A stretch of DNA of 64,000 nt from Gammaproteobacteria bacterium. Its GTDB lineage: Bacteria > Pseudomonadota > Gammaproteobacteria > SZUA-140. Positions 8,408 through 19,801 of this stretch are shown piece by piece (position 1 is the first letter of the stretch; every line of letters starts with the position of its first letter). Both the position numbers and the translations under genes were made by a program. The stretch is from contig JADJQS010000006.1 in NCBI GenBank assembly GCA_016712635.1, positions 247,716 through 311,715 of the forward strand. The letters are read 5' to 3'. The notes beneath the pieces are model-generated. The model ran no database searches, had not been told where the DNA came from, and saw nothing but the letters and a program-made list of their open reading frames with translations.

Positions 8408-11027
8408 CGAGATGCCTGATGAGGGAATCGCGCAGCGCATCGAGCTGCGCCTGGCCATTCAGCGGCCTGTTGCTCTTGTCGGTGACGAAGAAAACGTCCT
8501 CGACGCGTTCACCGAAGGTCGCGATCTTGGCGTTCTGCAGCCGGACGCCGCACTCCACGAAGGCCTGGCCCACGCGCGCGAGCAGGCCGGGCCGGTCGAC
8601 GGTGGTGAGTTCCGCGATGGTGTAGCGGTGATGCGCATCCTCGCTGAACACCACCTGCGTGGGTATGGAGAAGTGGCGCAACTGGCGCGCCGGCCGGCGC
8701 GAGGTGCGCGCGGCGCGGATGTCGCCGCGGGAGATGCGCGTGCGGATGGTGTCGGCGATCTCGCGGATGCGGTGCGGATCCCGGATCGTGCCGCCGTTCT
8801 CGTCGAGTACGATATAGGTGTCGAGCGTGTAACCGCTGCGCGTGGTGATGACGCGCGCGTTGAGGACGTTCAGTCCGAGCTGGTCGAGGGCGCTCGTGGT
8901 CATGGCAAAGAGATGGTCCTGGTCGCGGGCATAGATGAAGATTTCGGTGCCGCCGCGGCCGGTCTCCTCGCGCACGCGGATCAGGGGCAGGTCCTCCGGG
9001 CGGCCGGCGAGGATCAGGCGCATCTGCCAGGCGATCTCGTCGGGTGAGTGGCGCAGGAAATATTCCTCGTCGAGCTCGCTCCAGACCGTAATGATGCGCT
9101 CCGCATCGGCGACCGCCAGCAGCGCGAGGGCGGCGGTGCGGGTCTCCGCGATGCGCTCGTCCTTGTCGACGGGAGAATCCAGTCCGCGTCCCAGGATGCT
9201 GCGCGTCGAGCTGTAGAGGTCGATCAGCAGGGCGTCCTTCCAGCCGTTCCACAGCGTCGGGTTCGTGCCGCGGATATCCGCCACGGTGAGCAGGTAGAGG
9301 TACTCGAGCCGGGCCGTATCGCCCACCTTGCGCGCGAACTCGGCGATCACGTCCGGATCGCTGATGTCCTTGTGCTGGGCGGTGCTCGACATGATCAGGT
9401 GGTTGCGCACCAGCCAGGAAACCAGGTGGGCGTCGTAGTCACTCAGGCCGTGATGGCGGCAGAAGGCGAAGGCGTCCGCGGCGCCGAGTTCGGAGTGATC
9501 GCCGCCGCGCCCCTTGGCGATGTCGTGGAACAGCGCGCCGAGGTAAAGCAGCTCCGGCTTCGGGATGCGCTTCATGATGCGGCTGCAGAGCGGAAACTCC
9601 TGCTCGTAGGCCGGCACCGTGAAGCGGCGCAGGTTGCGCAGCACGTGCAGGGTGTGGTCGTCGACCGTGTACACGTGGAACAGGTCATACTGCATCTGAC
9701 CGACGATTGTGCCGAAGGCCGGGAAGTAGGCCGCCAGTATCCCGTAGCGGTTCATGCGGCGCAGCTCGTGGGTGACGCCGCTCGGCTGGCGCAGGATCTC
9801 CATGAACAGGCTGCGGCAGCGCAGGTCGTTGCGGAAGCGGTCGTCGACGAGGTGGCGGTGGTCGCGGATCAGCCGGATGGTGGCCGCGCGCACGCCCTTG
9901 AGGGTGCGGTCCTGTTCCAGCAGGAGGAAGATCTCCAGCAGCGCGAACGGATAGCGCCTGAACACACCCGTGTCAGCGACCTCGATGAAACCGTTGCAGG
10001 ACTGGAACCGCTTGTTGATCCTGACGATCTCCACCGGAGCGTCGGCGTGCAGGATGACTTCCTGGAACAGCTGCAGCAGCATCTCGTTGAGCCGGCTCAG
10101 CTCGGTGATGGCGCGGTAGTAGTCCTTCATGAAATTTTCGACCGCAAGGCGATGGTCGTCCTGGTAGCCGAACTGCGCGGCCAGGGTGCGCTGGTAATCG
10201 AACAGCAGGCGGTTCTCGTTGCGTCCGGTCAGGAGGTGCAGGGCGTAGCGCACCTTCCAGAGGAACTCCCGGCCCTGGGCGAGGTCGGCGTACTCGCGCT
10301 GGGTGAGAAAGTCGCGCGCGACCAGGTCGCGCAGCGTGCCGGTCCTGAAGTGGCGTTTCGCCACCCAGGCGATGGTCTGGATGTCGCGCAGGCCGCCCGG
10401 TCCCTCTTTCACGTTCGGCTCGAGGTTGTAGGCCGTGTCGTGGTATTTGCGGTGGCGGGCGAGCTGCTCGCGCCACTTGGCCTCGAAAAACGCGCGCGTC
10501 GGCCAGACATGCTCCGGCCCGGTCCGGGCGCACATCGTCTGGAACAGCGCATCGTCCCCGGCGAGCAGGCGCGCCTCCATCAGGTTGGTGGCGACGCCGA
10601 CATCCTGGCCGGCCTCCTCGACGCATTGCTGCACGGTGCGCACGCTGTGCCCGACCTCGAGGCCGATGTCCCACAGGAAGGCGAGAAATTTCTCCAGGCT
10701 GCCCTGGCGTGCGGCCTGCGCGTCCGGCTCGAGCAGGATCAGCAGGTCGATGTCGGAATTCGGATGCAGTTCATGGCGGCCGTAACCGCCGACCGCGACC
10801 AGCGCGATGCCGCCGCCCTGCGGCGGGATGAAGCGGTGCCAGGCGCGCAGCAGCAGTTCGTCCACGAACCATACCCGCTGGCGCACCAGGTCGGTGACCG
10901 GGACGCCCTTGGCGAAGCGCTCCGCCAGCGCCTGGTCGACGGACTGGAGCGTATGGCGGAACAGCTCCAGCGGCGTCGTGGTGCTCGCCAGAGCGCGGTC
11001 GAAGGAACCGCTGAAGAAGAGCTGCAT
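8397..11027 (-). CDS. glnD: bifunctional [protein-PII] uridylyltransferase/uridylyl-removing enzyme GlnD
   Basis: nucleotidyltransferase + HD + two ACT domains collinear with GlnD; internal ATG at 11027 chosen (877 aa) instead of the longer ORF start 11207; conserved map-glnD arrangement. Confidence 0.9.
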   Translation of the reverse strand: MQLFFSGSFDRALASTTTPLELFRHTLQSVDQALAERFAKGVPVTDLVRQRVWFVDELLLRAWHRFIPPQGGGIALVAVGGYGRHELHPNSDIDLLILLEPDAQAARQGSLEKFLAFLWDIGLEVGHSVRTVQQCVEEAGQDVGVATNLMEARLLAGDDALFQTMCARTGPEHVWPTRAFFEAKWREQLARHRKYHDTAYNLEPNVKEGPGGLRDIQTIAWVAKRHFRTGTLRDLVARDFLTQREYADLAQGREFLWKVRYALHLLTGRNENRLLFDYQRTLAAQFGYQDDHRLAVENFMKDYYRAITELSRLNEMLLQLFQEVILHADAPVEIVRINKRFQSCNGFIEVADTGVFRRYPFALLEIFLLLEQDRTLKGVRAATIRLIRDHRHLVDDRFRNDLRCRSLFMEILRQPSGVTHELRRMNRYGILAAYFPAFGTIVGQMQYDLFHVYTVDDHTLHVLRNLRRFTVPAYEQEFPLCSRIMKRIPKPELLYLGALFHDIAKGRGGDHSELGAADAFAFCRHHGLSDYDAHLVSWLVRNHLIMSSTAQHKDISDPDVIAEFARKVGDTARLEYLYLLTVADIRGTNPTLWNGWKDALLIDLYSSTRSILGRGLDSPVDKDERIAETRTAALALLAVADAERIITVWSELDEEYFLRHSPDEIAWQMRLILAGRPEDLPLIRVREETGRGGTEIFIYARDQDHLFAMTTSALDQLGLNVLNARVITTRSGYTLDTYIVLDENGGTIRDPHRIREIADTIRTRISRGDIRAARTSRRPARQLRHFSIPTQVVFSEDAHHRYTIAELTTVDRPGLLARVGQAFVECGVRLQNAKIATFGERVEDVFFVTDKSNRPLNGQAQLDALRDSLIRHLDEK

Positions 11028-11095
11028 GTCGGTGAGGGGCACGGCGGATGTCCGGTTCAGGGATGTGCTGCGACGGGAAGCGCGGCGGCTGCGCT

Positions 11096-11863
11096 TCAGA
11101 GCGGATCGTCGGGCAGGCGGGTCAGTACCTCGTGGCCGTTTCCGGTGACGAGGATGGTGTGTTCCCACTGCGCCGAAAGGCTGCGGTCCTTGGTGACCAC
11201 CGTCCACTGGTCCGGCAGCAGCTTCACGTGGCGCTTGCCGGCGTTCACCATCGGTTCGATGGTGAAGGTCATGCCGGGCTCGAGTGCAAGCCCGGTGCCG
11301 GGCATGCCGTAGTGCAGCACCTGCGGCTCCTCATGAAAGTTGCGCCCGATGCCGTGGCCGCAGTATTCGCGAACCACCGACATGTTGTTCGCTTCGGCGT
11401 GATGCTGGATCGCGAAGCCGATGTCGCCCAGGCGCACGCCCGGCCGGACCATCTCGATGCCGATGCACAGGCATTCGTAGCTGATCTGGGTGACGCGCCG
11501 CGCGATGATCGACGGTTCGCCGACGAAGAACATCTTGCTGGTGTCGCCGTGATAGCCGTCCTTCAGCACGGTGATGTCGATGTTCACGATATCGCCGCCC
11601 TTGAGCACCTTGTTGCCGGGGATGCCGTGGCAGACCTGGTGGTTGATCGAGGTGCAGATCGACTTGGGGAAGCCGTGATAATTCAGCGGCGCCGGGATCG
11701 CGTCCTGCACGCGCGTGATGTAATCGTGGCAGATGTCGTCGAGCCGTACCGTGGTGACGCCGGGAATGACGTGGGGGCGGATCATGCGCAGCACCTCGGC
11801 CGCGAGGCGGCCGGCGGTGCGCATCTTGTCGATCTCTTCCGCGGTCTTGATGTGGATGCTCAT
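11096..11863 (-). CDS. map: type I methionine aminopeptidase
   Basis: MSIHIKTAEEIDKMR..; full-length match to bacterial Map incl. metal-binding D/D/H/E/E residues. Confidence 0.95.
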   Translation of the reverse strand: MSIHIKTAEEIDKMRTAGRLAAEVLRMIRPHVIPGVTTVRLDDICHDYITRVQDAIPAPLNYHGFPKSICTSINHQVCHGIPGNKVLKGGDIVNIDITVLKDGYHGDTSKMFFVGEPSIIARRVTQISYECLCIGIEMVRPGVRLGDIGFAIQHHAEANNMSVVREYCGHGIGRNFHEEPQVLHYGMPGTGLALEPGMTFTIEPMVNAGKRHVKLLPDQWTVVTKDRSLSAQWEHTILVTGNGHEVLTRLPDDPL

Positions 11864-12157
11864 GTTCGCGTGCTCATGTCCCGGCCCGCGGCCCGGACGG
11901 AGGCCGACCGCTCCCGGCGCACCGCGCGGGTGGTTGACTGCGGGGGTGGGAATTGGCCGCGCGCCGGCCGCCGACGATTTGGTACATGACTGTTATACCT
12001 GAAGATTCTTCCATGCCTACGGATAGTACAGTGGATCAGGACAAATTTACAGCGCCGCGATGCGGCCCGGTCCCGCATCCACGCCGGATTTGTACTGTCC
12101 CCCGGTATGTGGTATAAAACGCGCGCAACATACTATATATAAAGTACATTTCAGTGC

Positions 12158-12163
12158 GTATAA
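12158..12163 (+). promoter_or_regulatory. candidate -10 box (TATAAT) of rpsB-tsf promoter inside AT-rich divergent map/rpsB intergenic region
   Basis: perfect TATAAT ~170 nt upstream of rpsB in the only AT-rich stretch of the region; -35 not convincing; long structured leader consistent with known S2 autoregulatory 5'UTR. Confidence 0.25.
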
Positions 12164-12333
12164 TTCGGGGCTTTCGCGCTCCCGGTCCGCGCAGGCGGAA
12201 CCCGGGGCGATACGCCGCAGATTGTCCAGGCTGAATTTCACACACATGCCACGCACATGTATCTGGGTGCCCGCGCAGCGGGTGGATACGTGGGGTATGT
12301 GGAGGATTAACCCATAATAGGAGTGTAGTTACC

Positions 12334-13293
12334 ATGGCAAACGTCACCATGCGCCAGATGCTTGAGGCTGGCGTGCATTTCGGCCACCAGGGCCGGTACT
12401 GGAACCCCAAGATGGCACCGTACATCTACGGGGAACGCAGCAAGATCCACATCATCAATCTCGAGCATACCCTGCCGCTGTTCAATGACGCGATGAACTT
12501 CGTCGGCAGTCTTGCGGCCAATCGCGGCAAGATCCTGTTCGTCGGCACCAAGCGCGCCGCGCGCGACACCATCCAGGAAGAGGCGGTGCGCTGCGGCATG
12601 CCGTACGTGAACCAGCGCTGGATGGGCGGCATGCTGACCAATTTCAAGACCGTCAAGCAGTCGATCAAGCGCCTGAAGGATCTCGAGGCGCTGTTCGAGG
12701 AAGGTGGCGGGCACGAGCGCATCAACAAGAAGGAAGGCCTGAACCGCCGGCGCGAGCTGGACAAGCTCGAGCGCAGCCTGGGCGGCATCAAGGACATGGC
12801 CGGACTTCCCGACGCCTTGTTCGTCATCGACGTCGGGCATGAAAAGATCGCCGTCAGCGAGGCCGTCAAGCTCGGCATCCCGGTGGTTGCGGTGGTCGAT
12901 ACCAACGGCAGCCCGATCGGGGTGGATTACGTGATTCCGGGCAACGACGACGCCATCCGCGCCATCAAGATCTACCTCGGTTCGGCTTCCGCCGCGATCC
13001 TCGAAGGACGCTCCGCCGCCCTGCAGATGCAGGGTGAGGCCGATGAGTTCGTCGAGGTGGACGAGAGCGGCGCGCCGCAGGCGAAGGCGCCGGGCAAGAA
13101 GGCCGTCGCCAGAAAGGTCGCCGTCAAGCGGAAGGGCGCGACCAAGGATGCCGCCGAAGGCGGTGCTGCCGAGGTGACCGTGTCGGCGCCCAAGGCGCGC
13201 GTGCGCAAGAAGAAGGAAGGTGAAGCCGGCGACGGCGACAAGGCCGTGGACGCCGTCGACGAAGATCTGGAACAGCCGGTCGCCGGGGTCTGA
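12334..13293 (+). CDS. rpsB: 30S ribosomal protein S2 with ~70-aa Ala/Lys-rich C-terminal extension
   Basis: [26 protein letters not shown]; RBS AGGAG upstream; 319 aa vs about 240 typical. Confidence 0.95.
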   Translation: MANVTMRQMLEAGVHFGHQGRYWNPKMAPYIYGERSKIHIINLEHTLPLFNDAMNFVGSLAANRGKILFVGTKRAARDTIQEEAVRCGMPYVNQRWMGGMLTNFKTVKQSIKRLKDLEALFEEGGGHERINKKEGLNRRRELDKLERSLGGIKDMAGLPDALFVIDVGHEKIAVSEAVKLGIPVVAVVDTNGSPIGVDYVIPGNDDAIRAIKIYLGSASAAILEGRSAALQMQGEADEFVEVDESGAPQAKAPGKKAVARKVAVKRKGATKDAAEGGAAEVTVSAPKARVRKKKEGEAGDGDKAVDAVDEDLEQPVAGV

Positions 13294-13334
13294 GCGGATC
13301 GATCGCACGGTCAACAGATATACGAGGTTTGAAG

Positions 13335-14222
13335 ATGGAAATCACAGCAGCACTGGTTAAGGACCTGCGCGAGCGCACCGGCTCCGGACTGATGGAATGC
13401 AAAAAGGCCCTGGTCGAGACCCGGGGCGACGTCGAGGCCGCCATCGACCTGATGCGCAAGCAGGGTCTGGTCAAGGCCGGCAAGAAGGCCGGCCGTATCG
13501 CGGCTGACGGGCGCATCGTCATGCAGGTGGCCGCCGACGGTCGCTCGGGCGCCATGCTCGAAGTCAACAGCGAGACGGATTTCGTGGCGAAGGGTGACGA
13601 TTTCAACGCCTTCGCCGAGCAGGCGCTGAAGCGCGCCGTGGCTGCGAACATGCAGGATGTCGATCAGCTGCTTGCCCTGCCGATCGACGCGGGCAAGGAC
13701 ACCACGATCGACACCGCGCGCAAGGAACTGATCATGAAGATCGGCGAGAACATCAACCTGCGCCGCATTGTGCAGTTCAGGCCGGAAAGCGGCATCGTCG
13801 GTGGTTACATGCACGGCATGCGCATCGGCGTGCTGGTCGAGCTGCAGGGCGGCGACGCCGCGCTGGCAAAGGACATCGCCATGCACATCGCGGCCAGCCG
13901 TCCGGTCGCGGTCTCCGAGCAGGACGTGTCGGCGGATGTCATCGCCAAGGAAAAGGAGATCTTCAGCGCGCAGGCCGCCGAGAGCGGCAAGCCGGCGGAG
14001 ATCATCGAAAAGATGGTGCAGGGGCGCATCAAGAAATTCCTTGCCGAGGTCACCCTGCTGGGGCAACCCTTCGTGAAGGACCCCGAGACCACCGTGGCCA
14101 AGCTGCTCGACAAGGCAAAGGCGCGCGTGATCCGGTTCCAGCGTTACGAGGTGGGCGAGGGCATCGAGAAGGCCGCCACCGATTTCGCCGCCGAAGTGAT
14201 GGCCCAGGTCCGCGGAGGCTGA
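13335..14222 (+). CDS. tsf: translation elongation factor Ts
   Basis: MEITAALVKDLRERTGSGLMECKKAL; ATG at 13335 (track ORF starts 6 nt earlier at TTG). Confidence 0.95.
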   Translation: MEITAALVKDLRERTGSGLMECKKALVETRGDVEAAIDLMRKQGLVKAGKKAGRIAADGRIVMQVAADGRSGAMLEVNSETDFVAKGDDFNAFAEQALKRAVAANMQDVDQLLALPIDAGKDTTIDTARKELIMKIGENINLRRIVQFRPESGIVGGYMHGMRIGVLVELQGGDAALAKDIAMHIAASRPVAVSEQDVSADVIAKEKEIFSAQAAESGKPAEIIEKMVQGRIKKFLAEVTLLGQPFVKDPETTVAKLLDKAKARVIRFQRYEVGEGIEKAATDFAAEVMAQVRGG

Positions 14223-14225
14223 CGC

Positions 14226-14957
14226 ATGCAGGCGCGGGCAGGATCCTCGCAGCCGCTGTACCGCCGCATCCTGCTCAAGCTGAGCGGCGAGGCCCTGATG
14301 GGGGAGGACGACTACGGCATCAACACGGCCGTGATCAACCGCATCGCCGTGGAGGTGAAGGACCTGATCGATTACGGCATCCAGGTGGCGCTGGTGATCG
14401 GCGGCGGCAACATCTTCCGCGGCATCCAGCTCGCCAAGGGCGGGCTCGATCGCGTCACCGGTGACCATATGGGCATGCTGGCGACTGTCATCAATGCGCT
14501 GGCGATCCAGGACGCGCTGGAAAAGCACGGCATGTACGCCCGCGTGATGTCCGCCATCCAGATCCACCAGATCTGCGAGGACTACATCCGGCGCCGCGCC
14601 ATCCGCCACCTGGAGAAGGGGCGCGTGGTGGTGTTCGCCGCCGGCACCGGAAATCCCTTCTTCACCACCGACTCCGCCGCCAGCCTGCGCGGCATCGAGG
14701 TCGGCGCCAACGCCGTGCTCAAGGCGACCAAGGTCGACGGCGTCTATTCGGCCGACCCCCACAAGCATCCCGATGCCGAATTCTATCCCCGTCTGAGCTA
14801 CGACGACGTGCTGCACCGCAAGCTCGACGTGATGGACGCCACCGCCATCGTCCTGTGCCGCGACAACCGCATGCCGCTGCGCGTCTTCAACATCAACAAG
14901 CCGGGGGCGCTGCGCCGTGTGGTCATGGAAGGGAACGAGGGGACGATCGTCGAATAG
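14226..14957 (+). CDS. pyrH: UMP kinase
   Basis: [34 protein letters not shown]. Confidence 0.95.
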   Translation: MQARAGSSQPLYRRILLKLSGEALMGEDDYGINTAVINRIAVEVKDLIDYGIQVALVIGGGNIFRGIQLAKGGLDRVTGDHMGMLATVINALAIQDALEKHGMYARVMSAIQIHQICEDYIRRRAIRHLEKGRVVVFAAGTGNPFFTTDSAASLRGIEVGANAVLKATKVDGVYSADPHKHPDAEFYPRLSYDDVLHRKLDVMDATAIVLCRDNRMPLRVFNINKPGALRRVVMEGNEGTIVE

Positions 14958-14966
14958 GAGCGAAGG

Positions 14967-15524
14967 ATGATCACTGATATCAGGAAAGACGCGGATTCCC
15001 GCATGCGCAAGTCAATCGAGTCGCTCAAGCACGAATTTTCCAAGGTGCGCACCGGGCGTGCGCATACCAGCCTGCTGGACCACATCCGCGTGTCGTACTA
15101 CGGCAACGAAATGCCGCTGAACCAGGTGGCAAACGTCTCCGCGGCCGACGCCCGCATGCTCACCGTGACGCCGTGGGAGAAGGCCATGGTGCCCGTGGTG
15201 GAGAAGGCCATCATCGCCTCGAACCTTGGATTCAACCCCTCCACCGCCGGGAACGTCATCCGCGTGATGATCCCGCCGCTGACCGAGGAACGGCGCCGCG
15301 ATTTCGTCAAGGTGGTGAAGGGCGAGGCCGAGGCCGCGCGCGTCGCCATCCGCAACGTGCGCCGCGACGCCAACGGCGACCTCAAGGACCTGCTCAAGGA
15401 GAAGGACATCAGCGAGGACGAGGAGCGCCGCGGACAGGAGGAGATCCAGGCGCTGACCGACAAGTACGTCGCCGAGGTGGAAAAACTGCTGCATGAAAAG
15501 GAAGCGGAACTGATGGAGGTGTAA
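14967..15524 (+). CDS. frr: ribosome recycling factor
   Basis: 185 aa, [24 protein letters not shown]. Confidence 0.95.
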   Translation: MITDIRKDADSRMRKSIESLKHEFSKVRTGRAHTSLLDHIRVSYYGNEMPLNQVANVSAADARMLTVTPWEKAMVPVVEKAIIASNLGFNPSTAGNVIRVMIPPLTEERRRDFVKVVKGEAEAARVAIRNVRRDANGDLKDLLKEKDISEDEERRGQEEIQALTDKYVAEVEKLLHEKEAELMEV

Positions 15525-15589
15525 AACCTCAGCGGCCGCCGTCCAGCATTTCGGAAAGTCCCCGATCAACAGTCCCGGTTTGCATCCGC

Positions 15590-16375
15590 ATGGCGTTTTT
15601 CTCCAAGAGTTCGCCCCCACTCACCCCGGCCCCGGCGGAACCGTCCGCCGCGCCGCCCGTGCACGTCGCCATCATCATGGACGGCAACGGCCGCTGGGCC
15701 AGGCGGCGCCACATGCCCCGCATCGCCGGGCACCGCGCGGGGGTGGAGGCGGTGCGCACCATCGTCGAGGCCTGCGCCGCAAAGGGCGTCCGGGTGCTGA
15801 CACTGTTTGCCTTCAGCAGCGAGAACTGGCGCCGGCCGGAGGCCGAGGTCGACCTGCTGATGGATCTGCTGCTGACCTCGCTGCAGCGCGAGATAGACAA
15901 GCTGCACAGGAACGGCGTGCGCCTCCTGTTCATCGGCGAGCGCTCGGCATTCAAGCCGAAACTGATCGAGATGATGCGTTCGGCCGAGGAAATGACCGCA
16001 ACGAACAGCGGGCTGACCCTCGTCATCGCGCTCAACTACGGCGGCCGCTGGGACGTCACCCAGGCGGCGCGGCAGGTCGCGCGGCGGGTCGAGGCGGGCG
16101 AGATCCGGGCCGACGACATCGACACCGGCATGATCGAGGAGAACCTCTGCCTGCGCGGCCTGCCCGAACCGGACCTCTTCATCCGCACCGGGGGGGAGCA
16201 GCGCATCAGCAATTTCCTGCTGTGGCATCTCTCGTATACCGAGCTGTATTTCACCGCGACCCTGTGGCCCGATTTTGACGCGCAGGCCTTCGATGAGGCG
16301 CTGGCCTCGTTCGCATCGCGCCAGCGCCGCTTCGGGCGCACCGGTGACCAGGTAGAGCAGGCCAAGGGTGCTTAA
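15590..16375 (+). CDS. uppS: ditrans,polycis-undecaprenyl-diphosphate synthase
   Basis: HVAIIMDGNGRWA..LTLFAFSSENWRRP. Confidence 0.95.
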   Translation: MAFFSKSSPPLTPAPAEPSAAPPVHVAIIMDGNGRWARRRHMPRIAGHRAGVEAVRTIVEACAAKGVRVLTLFAFSSENWRRPEAEVDLLMDLLLTSLQREIDKLHRNGVRLLFIGERSAFKPKLIEMMRSAEEMTATNSGLTLVIALNYGGRWDVTQAARQVARRVEAGEIRADDIDTGMIEENLCLRGLPEPDLFIRTGGEQRISNFLLWHLSYTELYFTATLWPDFDAQAFDEALASFASRQRRFGRTGDQVEQAKGA

Positions 16376-17228
16376 GCAGCGCCTGCTCACCATCGCGGTA
16401 CTGCTCCCCCTCTTCGTCTGGTGCGTGCTCGCGCTGCCTACGGAGTACTTCGCGCTGTGCGTCGCGCTGATGGTGCTGATCGGGGCGTGGGAATGGGCCG
16501 GGCTGGTCGGCCTGTCCGGGCGCGGGGAGCGCGCCGCCTACCTCGCGCTCGTGGGCGCCGCCATCGCCGGCGCCGCCTGGCTCGCCACGGTGCCGCTGCT
16601 GCGCCAGTTCGTGCTGGCGGGCGCCGTGATCTGGTGGGCTGTCGCCATGACGTTGATCCGGCGCTACAGCCGGGACCCGGCCGGCTTTCTGCGTTCCTTC
16701 CGGCCGGACCGCCCGCCGGGTTTTCCTCCCCGCTGGCTTTTCGGTATGCTCGGTGTCATCGTGCTGGTGCCGGCCTGGCTCGGTGTGATCGTCATACATG
16801 GCAATGCATTCGCCGGCGGCTACCTTGTGCTGCTGCTGATGCTCGTGGTGTGGGGGGCGGACAGCGGCGCCTACGTCGCGGGGCGCCTGTGGGGGCGCAC
16901 CAGGCTCGCGCCGGAGGTCAGTCCCGGAAAAAGCTGGGAAGGGGTCTACGGCGGGCTTGCGACGGCGACCCTGGCGGTGCTGGGCGCCGGCCTGTGGTTC
17001 GGCCTCGACTGGCGCACCCTGGTGTCCCTGACGCTGCTGGGTTTCGTGACGGTGCTGTTTTCCATCATCGGCGATCTGTTTGAGAGCATGGTCAAACGTC
17101 TGGCGGGTGTGAAGGACAGCGGGCGCCTGTTGCCGGGACATGGCGGCATGCTCGACCGCATCGACAGCGTGACCGCGGCCGCGCCGGTGTTCGCCCTGGG
17201 TCTGATCTGGCAGGGAGTGGTGGCATGA
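16368..17228 (+). CDS. cdsA: phosphatidate cytidylyltransferase
   Basis: GTG start overlapping uppS stop by 8 nt; multi-TM CTP-transferase with C-terminal SxxKRxxGxKDSGxLLPGHGGxLDRxDS motif. Confidence 0.85.
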   Translation: MLKQRLLTIAVLLPLFVWCVLALPTEYFALCVALMVLIGAWEWAGLVGLSGRGERAAYLALVGAAIAGAAWLATVPLLRQFVLAGAVIWWAVAMTLIRRYSRDPAGFLRSFRPDRPPGFPPRWLFGMLGVIVLVPAWLGVIVIHGNAFAGGYLVLLLMLVVWGADSGAYVAGRLWGRTRLAPEVSPGKSWEGVYGGLATATLAVLGAGLWFGLDWRTLVSLTLLGFVTVLFSIIGDLFESMVKRLAGVKDSGRLLPGHGGMLDRIDSVTAAAPVFALGLIWQGVVA

Positions 17229-18415
17229 TCGGCGTGACCATCCTGGGGGCGACGGGATCGATCGGGGCCAGCACCCTGGACGTGATCTCGCGCCGGCCGG
17301 ATCGTTACCGGGTCGCCGCGCTGACCGCGAACTCCGATGTCGACCGGCTGTTCGAGCAGTGCCTGCGCCACCGCCCGGAACTCGCGGTGATGGCCGACGC
17401 CGCGGCGGCGGAACGTCTGGAGCGCAAACTGGTCGAAGCTGGATGCGCCACGCAGGTCGCGGCCGGGATGGAAGGCTTGTGCCGCGCGGCGGGACTGCCC
17501 GGGGCGGACTACGTCATGGCGGCGATCGTCGGCGCGGCGGGGCTGCTGCCGACACTCACCGCGGTGCGCGCCGGCAAGCGCGTCCTGCTGGCCAACAAGG
17601 AGGCGCTGGTGATGGCCGGGGCGCTGTTCATGGAGGAGGTGCGCGCCCGCGGCGCCGTGCTGCTGCCGATCGACAGTGAGCACAACGCGGTGTACCAGTG
17701 CATGCCGGGCGACTATTCCCGCGGCCTGGCGCGGGTCGGCGTGCGACGCATCCTGCTGACCTCCTCGGGCGGGCCGTTCCGCCTGCAGCCGCGTTCGCTG
17801 CACGAGGTGCGGCCGGAGCAGGCCTGCGCGCACCCCAACTGGGTGATGGGGCGCAAGATATCGGTCGATTCCGCGACCATGATGAACAAGGGGCTGGAAG
17901 TGATTGAAGCAAAGTGGCTGTTTGACGCGGATCCGACGATGATCGAGGTTGTCGTGCACCCGCAGAGCGTGATCCATTCCCTGGTCGAATACGTCGACGG
18001 CTCGATGCTGGCGCAGCTCGCGAGCCCCGACATGCGCATCCCGATCGCGCACGCGCTGGCGTGGCCCGAACGCATGGAATCCGGCGCCGAGCGCCTCAAC
18101 CTGTTCGACGTCGCGCGGCTCGACTTCGAGGCGCCGGATCTCGGGCGCTTCCCCTGCCTGCGCATCGCGTTCGACGCGGCGCGCGCGGGCGGTACCGCGC
18201 CGGCCGTCATGAACGCCGCGAACGAGGTGGCCGTGCACGCCTTTCTCGAGCGCCGCCTGCGCTTCACCGACATCCCCGCCGTCGTCGAGGCCGCGCTGGC
18301 CGCGGTGCCGGCGCACGAGGCGGCGACGCTGGATGCGATCCTCGCGGCAGACCGCGCCGGGCGCGCCTGCGCCGCGGAGTGGATCCACGATTCCGCGCTG
18401 GGGGTGATGGCGTGA
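17225..18415 (+). CDS. dxr: 1-deoxy-D-xylulose 5-phosphate reductoisomerase
   Basis: [15 protein letters not shown]..; ATGA overlap with cdsA stop. Confidence 0.95.
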   Translation: MIGVTILGATGSIGASTLDVISRRPDRYRVAALTANSDVDRLFEQCLRHRPELAVMADAAAAERLERKLVEAGCATQVAAGMEGLCRAAGLPGADYVMAAIVGAAGLLPTLTAVRAGKRVLLANKEALVMAGALFMEEVRARGAVLLPIDSEHNAVYQCMPGDYSRGLARVGVRRILLTSSGGPFRLQPRSLHEVRPEQACAHPNWVMGRKISVDSATMMNKGLEVIEAKWLFDADPTMIEVVVHPQSVIHSLVEYVDGSMLAQLASPDMRIPIAHALAWPERMESGAERLNLFDVARLDFEAPDLGRFPCLRIAFDAARAGGTAPAVMNAANEVAVHAFLERRLRFTDIPAVVEAALAAVPAHEAATLDAILAADRAGRACAAEWIHDSALGVMA

Positions 18416-19779
18416 ACGGCGTGCTGTCCTCCGTATTCTTCTTCATCATCGCCATCGGCGTGCTGGTGACGGTGCACGAGTTCGGGCACTTCATCGTCGC
18501 GCGCCGGCTCGGGGTCAAGGTGCTGCGCTTCTCGGTCGGTTTCGGCATGCCGCTGTGGAGCTGGCACCGCCGCAACGACGAGACCGAGTACGTCATCGCG
18601 GCGCTGCCGCTCGGCGGCTATGTCCAGATGCTGGACGAGCGCGAGGCGCCGGTGCCGGAGGCCGATCTGCCGCACGCCTTCAACCGCCAGCCGCTGGCGA
18701 GCCGGTTCGCCATCGTCGCGGCCGGTCCGATCTTCAATTTCCTGTTCGCCATCCTGGCCTACTGGCTGATCTTCGTGCTCGGCGTCGACGGGATCAAGCC
18801 GCTCGTCGGCGAGGTGAACAGGGATTCGCTCGCGGCCGAGGCCGGCTTCCGCTCCGGCGACCTCATCACTGCCGTCGATGGCGAGGACACCGCGACCTGG
18901 AACATGGTCTTCCTCGAACTGCTCAACCGCAGCCTCGGCAGCGAGCGCGTCGCGGTCAGTGTCATCGACGCCGACGGGGAGGGGCACGAGCGCGCGCTCG
19001 ATTTCGGCCGGCTGCCTGCCGGCGTCGACCGCTCCAACCTGCTGCAGGTGATCGGGCTCGGGATATACCGCCCCAGCCTGGAGGCGGTGATCGGCACGCT
19101 CGAGCCGGGCGGTGCGGCGGAACAGGCCGGCCTGCGCGCGGGCGACCGCATCGTCGCGGTTGACGGGCGCCCGATCGCGCAATGGGAGGAATGGGTCGAC
19201 TATGTGCGCGCGCGCCCGGAGCAGGAACTCGAGGCCGAGGTCGAGCGCGACGGCGAGGCGGTCGCCATCACGCTGACGCCGCAGCGCGTGGCGACGGAGC
19301 AGGGCGACATCGGGCGCATCGGCGCCGCGGTGAAGATCGCGGCCGACGACCAGGCCGACGAACTGCGCGCGAAGGAACGCTATGCGGCGCCGACGGCGCT
19401 GCTGGTGGCCGCGCAGCGCACCTGGGACATGACCTGGCTGACGGCGAAGATGCTCGTCAGCATGGTGGGCGGCGAGGTGTCCGCCTCCAACCTCGGCGGG
19501 CCGATCCGCATCGCCCAGTACGCGGGCGCCTCCGCCGACGCAGGCATCGTCCAGTTCGTCGGCTTCCTCGCCCTCATCAGCATCAGCCTTGGTCTGCTCA
19601 ACCTGCTGCCGATCCCGGTGCTGGACGGCGGGCATCTGCTGTATTATCTCATCGAGCTGGTCAAGGGCAGCCCGCTGTCCGAGCAGGTGCAGGCCTTCGG
19701 CCAGCGCATAGGCATCGCGCTCCTGATCGGGGTGATGGTCCTGGCGTTCTACAACGACATCGTTCAGCTCTTCGGTTAA
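18412..19779 (+). CDS. rseP: RIP zinc metalloprotease RseP
   Basis: GTG at 18412 overlapping dxr stop (GTGA); HEFGH zinc motif, two PDZ domains, LNLLPIPxLDGG motif; longer track ORF 18061.. is upstream read-through. Confidence 0.9.
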   Translation: MNGVLSSVFFFIIAIGVLVTVHEFGHFIVARRLGVKVLRFSVGFGMPLWSWHRRNDETEYVIAALPLGGYVQMLDEREAPVPEADLPHAFNRQPLASRFAIVAAGPIFNFLFAILAYWLIFVLGVDGIKPLVGEVNRDSLAAEAGFRSGDLITAVDGEDTATWNMVFLELLNRSLGSERVAVSVIDADGEGHERALDFGRLPAGVDRSNLLQVIGLGIYRPSLEAVIGTLEPGGAAEQAGLRAGDRIVAVDGRPIAQWEEWVDYVRARPEQELEAEVERDGEAVAITLTPQRVATEQGDIGRIGAAVKIAADDQADELRAKERYAAPTALLVAAQRTWDMTWLTAKMLVSMVGGEVSASNLGGPIRIAQYAGASADAGIVQFVGFLALISISLGLLNLLPIPVLDGGHLLYYLIELVKGSPLSEQVQAFGQRIGIALLIGVMVLAFYNDIVQLFG

Positions 19780-19801
19780 GGCAGACCCCCAGAATCATCG
19801 G

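Noticed and set aside
9048-11312. 754-aa ORF on plus strand
   Set aside because: Antisense to glnD. It is a typical long spurious ORF of high-GC DNA with no recognisable domains.
13311-14816. 501-aa minus-strand ORF
   Set aside because: Antisense to tsf/pyrH, which are unambiguous.
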